Origin: Mustelus asterias
Lineage: Eukaryota
Reading direction: 5' to 3'
DNA: 64,000 bases
Assembly: GCF_964213995.1 (NCBI RefSeq)
Contig: NW_027590141.1
Location: 682,001 to 746,000, forward strand
Shown here: positions 59,919-64,000 of the stretch, piece after piece
Layout: every line of letters starts with the position of its first letter
Numbering within the stretch: position 1 is the first letter of the stretch
Made by a program: the position numbers and the translations under genes
Notes under the pieces: model-generated
Databases searched by the model: none
What the model saw: the letters and a program-made list of their open reading frames with translations, nothing else
What the model was told of the DNA's origin: nothing

Positions 59919-61017
59919 GGTGCAGGTGTCCTTGCCTCTCTCTTGGGTGGACAATCAGTTGAAGCCTTGTCCACACACAGAACACGGGTACCGTCTCTAC
60001 CCGCTGTGAATGGTGTGATATTTATTCAGGCTGTGTAACTGGTTAAAGCTCTTTAGTCAGTGCATTGGAACACTCTCACTCGAGTGTGGCAGTGTGTTGA
60101 TGTTTTTCACACTGATGTTTGAAATTTTTTCAAATTGACAGACTGGACAAACATTTCTCCTTCTAGATTCAAAGGCCGATGATATTCAGCTCCCAAGGAA
60201 TATGAGTCTGTCAGATCCAGACGTGACGTTTGAGATTTCGGCCTGTGATTCCTCTTTCAATATCCTGTAAAACAAGTTTATAAAAGTCATCAGTATCAGT
60301 ACAGGACAGAAATTCAGAACAGACAATTCTAGTTTCGATGGAACATTCTTTCCTCTCTCATTCCTCAAAAGCTGTAAATCTCCATCCCACACACTCTCCC
60401 TCCATTCTCACTCTGCTGTATCTAATATTCACCCTCCCAATTCTCCTGAAGGTGCTGATTGAGACTGATTGACAGATCCATGCTCACTGCTTCCTGTCCA
60501 CCACACACAAATCATAAGAAACAGGAGCTGCAGTTGGCCATTCAGCCCATCGATTGAGAATTAGCTGATCTACCTCAGCACTATTTCTTGCACTATCCCC
60601 CAGGTTGCTCAATGCCTCAAAAGTTACCAATCTCTCTCTTGAAAATACTTGATGGCTGAGGCTCCACAGTCCTCTGGAGTGCAGAATTCAAACATTTCAC
60701 CACATCCTTGAGTGAGGAAATCCCTTCTCATCTTAACTTTCACTCCATTTTCCCACCTGTTCTCCATAATGCTTGACTCCTTTATCAATGTAAAATCTGT
60801 CTAACTCATCCTCGAATATATTCAATAACCCTCAGCTTCCACTGATCCCTGTGGAAGACAAATCCAAAGACCAATGACTCTAATAAGCACGAGATGAATG
60901 ACTGAAAATATATAATTGACATGATTGACAGATCCATGCTCACTGCTTCTTTTCCTGGACAGTAAGAAGTCTCATAACACCAGGTTAAAATCCAACAGGT
61001 TTATTTGGTAGCAAACG

Positions 61018-61053
61018 CCACGAGCTTTCGGAGCGCTGCTCCTTCATCAGGTG
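61018..61053 (-). ncRNA. Minimal hammerhead ribozyme
   Basis: cac-CTGATGA-a-GGAGC-agc-GCTCC-GAAA-GCT-C-gtg. Confidence 0.7.
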
Positions 61054-61349
61054 AGTGAGGCACAAAGGTGAGTGGGAGTTGTGTTCACAAACAGGGTACA
61101 GAGACACAAACTCAATTTACAAGATAATGGTTGGAATGCGAGTCTTTACAGGTAATCAAGTCTTAAAGGAACAGACAATGTGAGTGGAGAGAGGGTGAAG
61201 CATAGGTTAAAGAGATGTGTATTGTCTCCAGCCAGGACAGTTAGTGAGATTTTGCAAGCCCAGGCAAGTCGTGGGGGTTCATGTAAATATTTATTTTGTA
61301 AATTGAGTTTGTGTCTATATATGCCCTGTTTGTGAACACAACTTCCACT

Positions 61350-61385
61350 CACCTGACGAAGGAGCAGCGCTTCGAAAGCTAGTGG
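61350..61385 (+). ncRNA. Minimal hammerhead ribozyme
   Basis: cac-CTGACGA-a-GGAGC-agc-GCTTC-GAAA-GCT-A-gtg. Confidence 0.65.
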
Positions 61386-61734
61386 TGTTTGCTACCAAAT
61401 AAACTTGTAGGACTTTAACCTGGTGTTGTGAGACTTCTTACTGTGTTTACCCCAGTCCAACGCTGGCATCTCCACATCATCCTTTCCTGGACACAGAGAG
61501 CTGAAAATCTTCCATCTCACAGCCACGTGAAAGTTTTACATTTGGACATAAATGAGCAGCCTGATGATGTGTGTAATACACTGCATGACCTGGTTACAGA
61601 TTCATGAAGAATGTGAGGAGAACTTTTATTTAGGCAGCGAGTGGTGAACTGGAAGTTATAAATTGAATCCCAGAATGAGAAAAGAAATGGAAAGGGGGAT
61701 AAAAGAAAGTGTTTTACTCACAGATGTTGGCCTC

Positions 61735-63690
61735 TTTTAAGGGCAAACCAAACAAACAAACTCAAGTTAAATCAGGACAAAGTAAAAGGGGCAGCTCCCC
61801 AAAAGGAGGGGGGGAACAGCCCGAACAAAAATCAAAGTACAAAGGAAACTTAAAAACATCAAATCATAATGTGATTATCAGGGTCAATAACGCACCCCAA
61901 CCCTTGCGGTGCCCAATGGGCACGGAAGGCGTCAACCGCGCCCGTGGACACCGCATGCTTCCTCTCCAGGGACACCCGGCCGCGAACGTAGCCGCGGTAG
62001 AGGGGAAGACAGTCAGGATGGACAGCCCCCTCGATCGCCCGCTGCCTGGACCGGTAAATGGCGCGTTTTGCCAGGCCCAGGAGCAGGTTCACGAGGAGGT
62101 CGCCATCCCGACCATCCCCTCTCCGCACCGGGTGTCCGTATATCAGGAGCGTGGGACTGAAGTGCAAACAAAACATCAATAAAAGGTTCTTTAAGAAAAC
62201 AAAAAGGGAGTGCAGCCTAAGACACAAAATATAGACATGATCCAAGGACTCCACAAGGCCACAGAAAGGGCAGTCTTCGGAGCCCGTGAACTAGTGAATC
62301 CTACGGTTGTGCGGAACTATGGGCAGCACGGTAGCACAGTGGTTAGCACTGCTGCTTCACAGCTCCAGGGTCCCGGGTTCGATTCCCGGCTCGGGTCACT
62401 GTCTGTGTGGAGTTTGCACATTCTCCTCGTGTCTGCGTGGGTTTCCTCCGGGTGCTCCGGTTTCTTCCCACAGTCCAAAGATGTGCGGGTTAGGTTGATT
62501 GGCCAGGTTAAAAAAATTGCCCCTTAGAGTCCTGGGATTAGCGGGTAAAATATGTGGGGGTCGGGCCTGGGTGGGATTGTGGTCAGTGCAGACTCGATGG
62601 GCCGAATGGCCTCCTTCTGCACTGTAGGATTTCTATGATTTCTATGAACTGCTGCATGCATCACCCTCCACCCCAGGTCCCCATCGTAACTGGGGGAGAT
62701 CCCTCCGTAGAGGGACCTCCAGCGGGGACCTCCGCCGCCCGGCGGCAACAAGGCCCGCCAAGGTGTATCCGGGCGACAGGCGAGGAGGCGGTAGTGGAAG
62801 GTGTGCAGCAGCAGCCTGCACAGGAAACGCCTCCGCGCGGTAGAAAAAGGCACGGAGGACATTTCCGCGAGGCGGCTCAGGCTGTGGGGCACCTCACCCA
62901 GGGGAGGGGGCTGAGGTTTTGGGCCAATGTGGAATTCCGTCTGAACAGGGGAACGCTCGGGCGGGATCCCACCGCACGCCTGCGTCGCCTCGAGTTTGCG
63001 TGCAGTTTCGGGGCCGAGCACGACCGTCCTAAGGTCTAGGATGGCTTTGGCCGCGCGCCGGACGGTCGTCCCCGCGCGCTCAGCCAGCACGCGGGGACTC
63101 ATCCAGCCCGCTCCTCCGCCATCGAGCACATCCCCGATTCTGGTCACCCTGGCATCCACAGCCCTCCTCTCCGCCAGCCACCTGAAGTTATACGGCTGGA
63201 GGAGCGGATTCCTGAGCAGCGGCTCTCGCACGAGAGCCGCTACTCCTGACGGGGGGGAGCTGCGTCACGAGGCGACCGTGTTCCAGACAGTGAGGAGGTC
63301 CTGGTAAAAGACGGGCAACTCCTGCAGGGCGGTCGAAGCATGCCCCAATTCGATATGCAGGAGCTGCACGTCATAATTGAGGCCGTGCCACTGGCGGAAG
63401 AAATACGTCGCCATGGCACACCATTGTGGAGGGGGCTCAACGTAAAGGTACCTCAGCAGAGCCTGGAGGCGGAAGGTCGCTATCTGAGTGCGGAGGCACA
63501 CCAGACCTTGTCCGCCCTCCTCAAGCGGGAGATGCAGAACCGCAGCAGGGACCCAGTGCAGTCGATTGTCCCAGAAGAACCGCAGGAGGGTACTCTGGAT
63601 ATCGGCGACAAAGCCAGGGGGAGGGGTCAAAGGGACCAGCCGGTACCACAGCATGGAGGCGAGCAGCTGGTTTATGACGCAAACCCGCCC
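61735..63690 (-). mobile_element. Tx1-clade (L1 group) LINE, 5'-truncated ORF2 C-terminus
   Basis: GRVCVINQLLASMLWYRL, LHLPLEEGGQGL, zinc knuckle CPFCG..ESLDHVYILC, AKRAIYRSR; GC-rich; short A-tail. Confidence 0.88.
62321..62646 (+). mobile_element. HE1-type V-SINE nested in Tx1
   Basis: Splits Tx1 peptide HAAV|PHNRR; gaact duplicated. Confidence 0.92.
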
Positions 63691-63869
63691 CTGTGAATGG
63701 TCACAAACACTCACCTCTGAAACAATTTAACTGATTTTAATATTAAAATCTCCTGCTGGAGCCTGCAGCTGGAAAGATATCAGAAGCATTGGCATCAGAG
63801 AAAAATCTCCCAGTTGAGGAAATCCCCGGGGAGTGGGGGTGATGTCACTGTGCAATTGTAAGTAATTGT

Positions 63870-64000
63870 AAGAATACCTGGGTCTGTGCAAACCAGTGAT
63901 CACCACACATTATGGAGGATGTGAGGCTCCTTGACAGGGTGCAGAGGAGATTTATCAAAATGGTTCCAGAGATGAGGAATTATAGTTACAATGTTAGGCT
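63870..64000 (+). mobile_element. CR1 fragment
   Basis: agggtgcagaggagatttatcaaaatggttccag (RVQRRF..M.P). Confidence 0.6.

Larger units (their letters stand above)
60962..61482 (+). mobile_element. Penelope family A insertion with long inverted arms
   Basis: TSD tttcctggaca at 60951-60961 and 61483-61493. Confidence 0.85.

Noticed and set aside
62554-63730. Plus-strand ORFs opposite Tx1
   Set aside because: Antisense shadows of the GC-rich ORF2.

Overview
Eukaryotic, vertebrate DNA, almost certainly an elasmobranch (shark); this is inferred from about 12 HE1-type V-SINEs and their CR1/HER1-like partner LINEs. The window is a tandem cluster of about 11 C2H2 zinc-finger genes and pseudogenes on both strands, several arranged head-to-head around small CpG-rich promoters. 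It is heavily invaded by CR1 LINEs, SINEs, two Penelope-like families, a Tx1-clade LINE and LTR relics. Most notable: (1) the ZNF proteins have no visible KRAB/SCAN/BTB domain but share a strongly conserved atypical 'WKCGDC..PS.LE' finger at or near the N-terminus; (2) six paralogs share a stop codon exactly 39 nt before a start site created from a finger linker; (3) a TGGAGGACC-N11-14-GGTCCTCCA palindrome between CCAAT boxes recurs in four promoters; (4) minimal hammerhead ribozymes with covarying stem I sit in Penelope termini, one inside a predicted ZNF 5' exon; (5) a 41-unit minisatellite has expanded from a motif that is single-copy in a paralogous exon. All calls are by eye; repeat boundaries are approximate and exon structures are inferred without transcript data.
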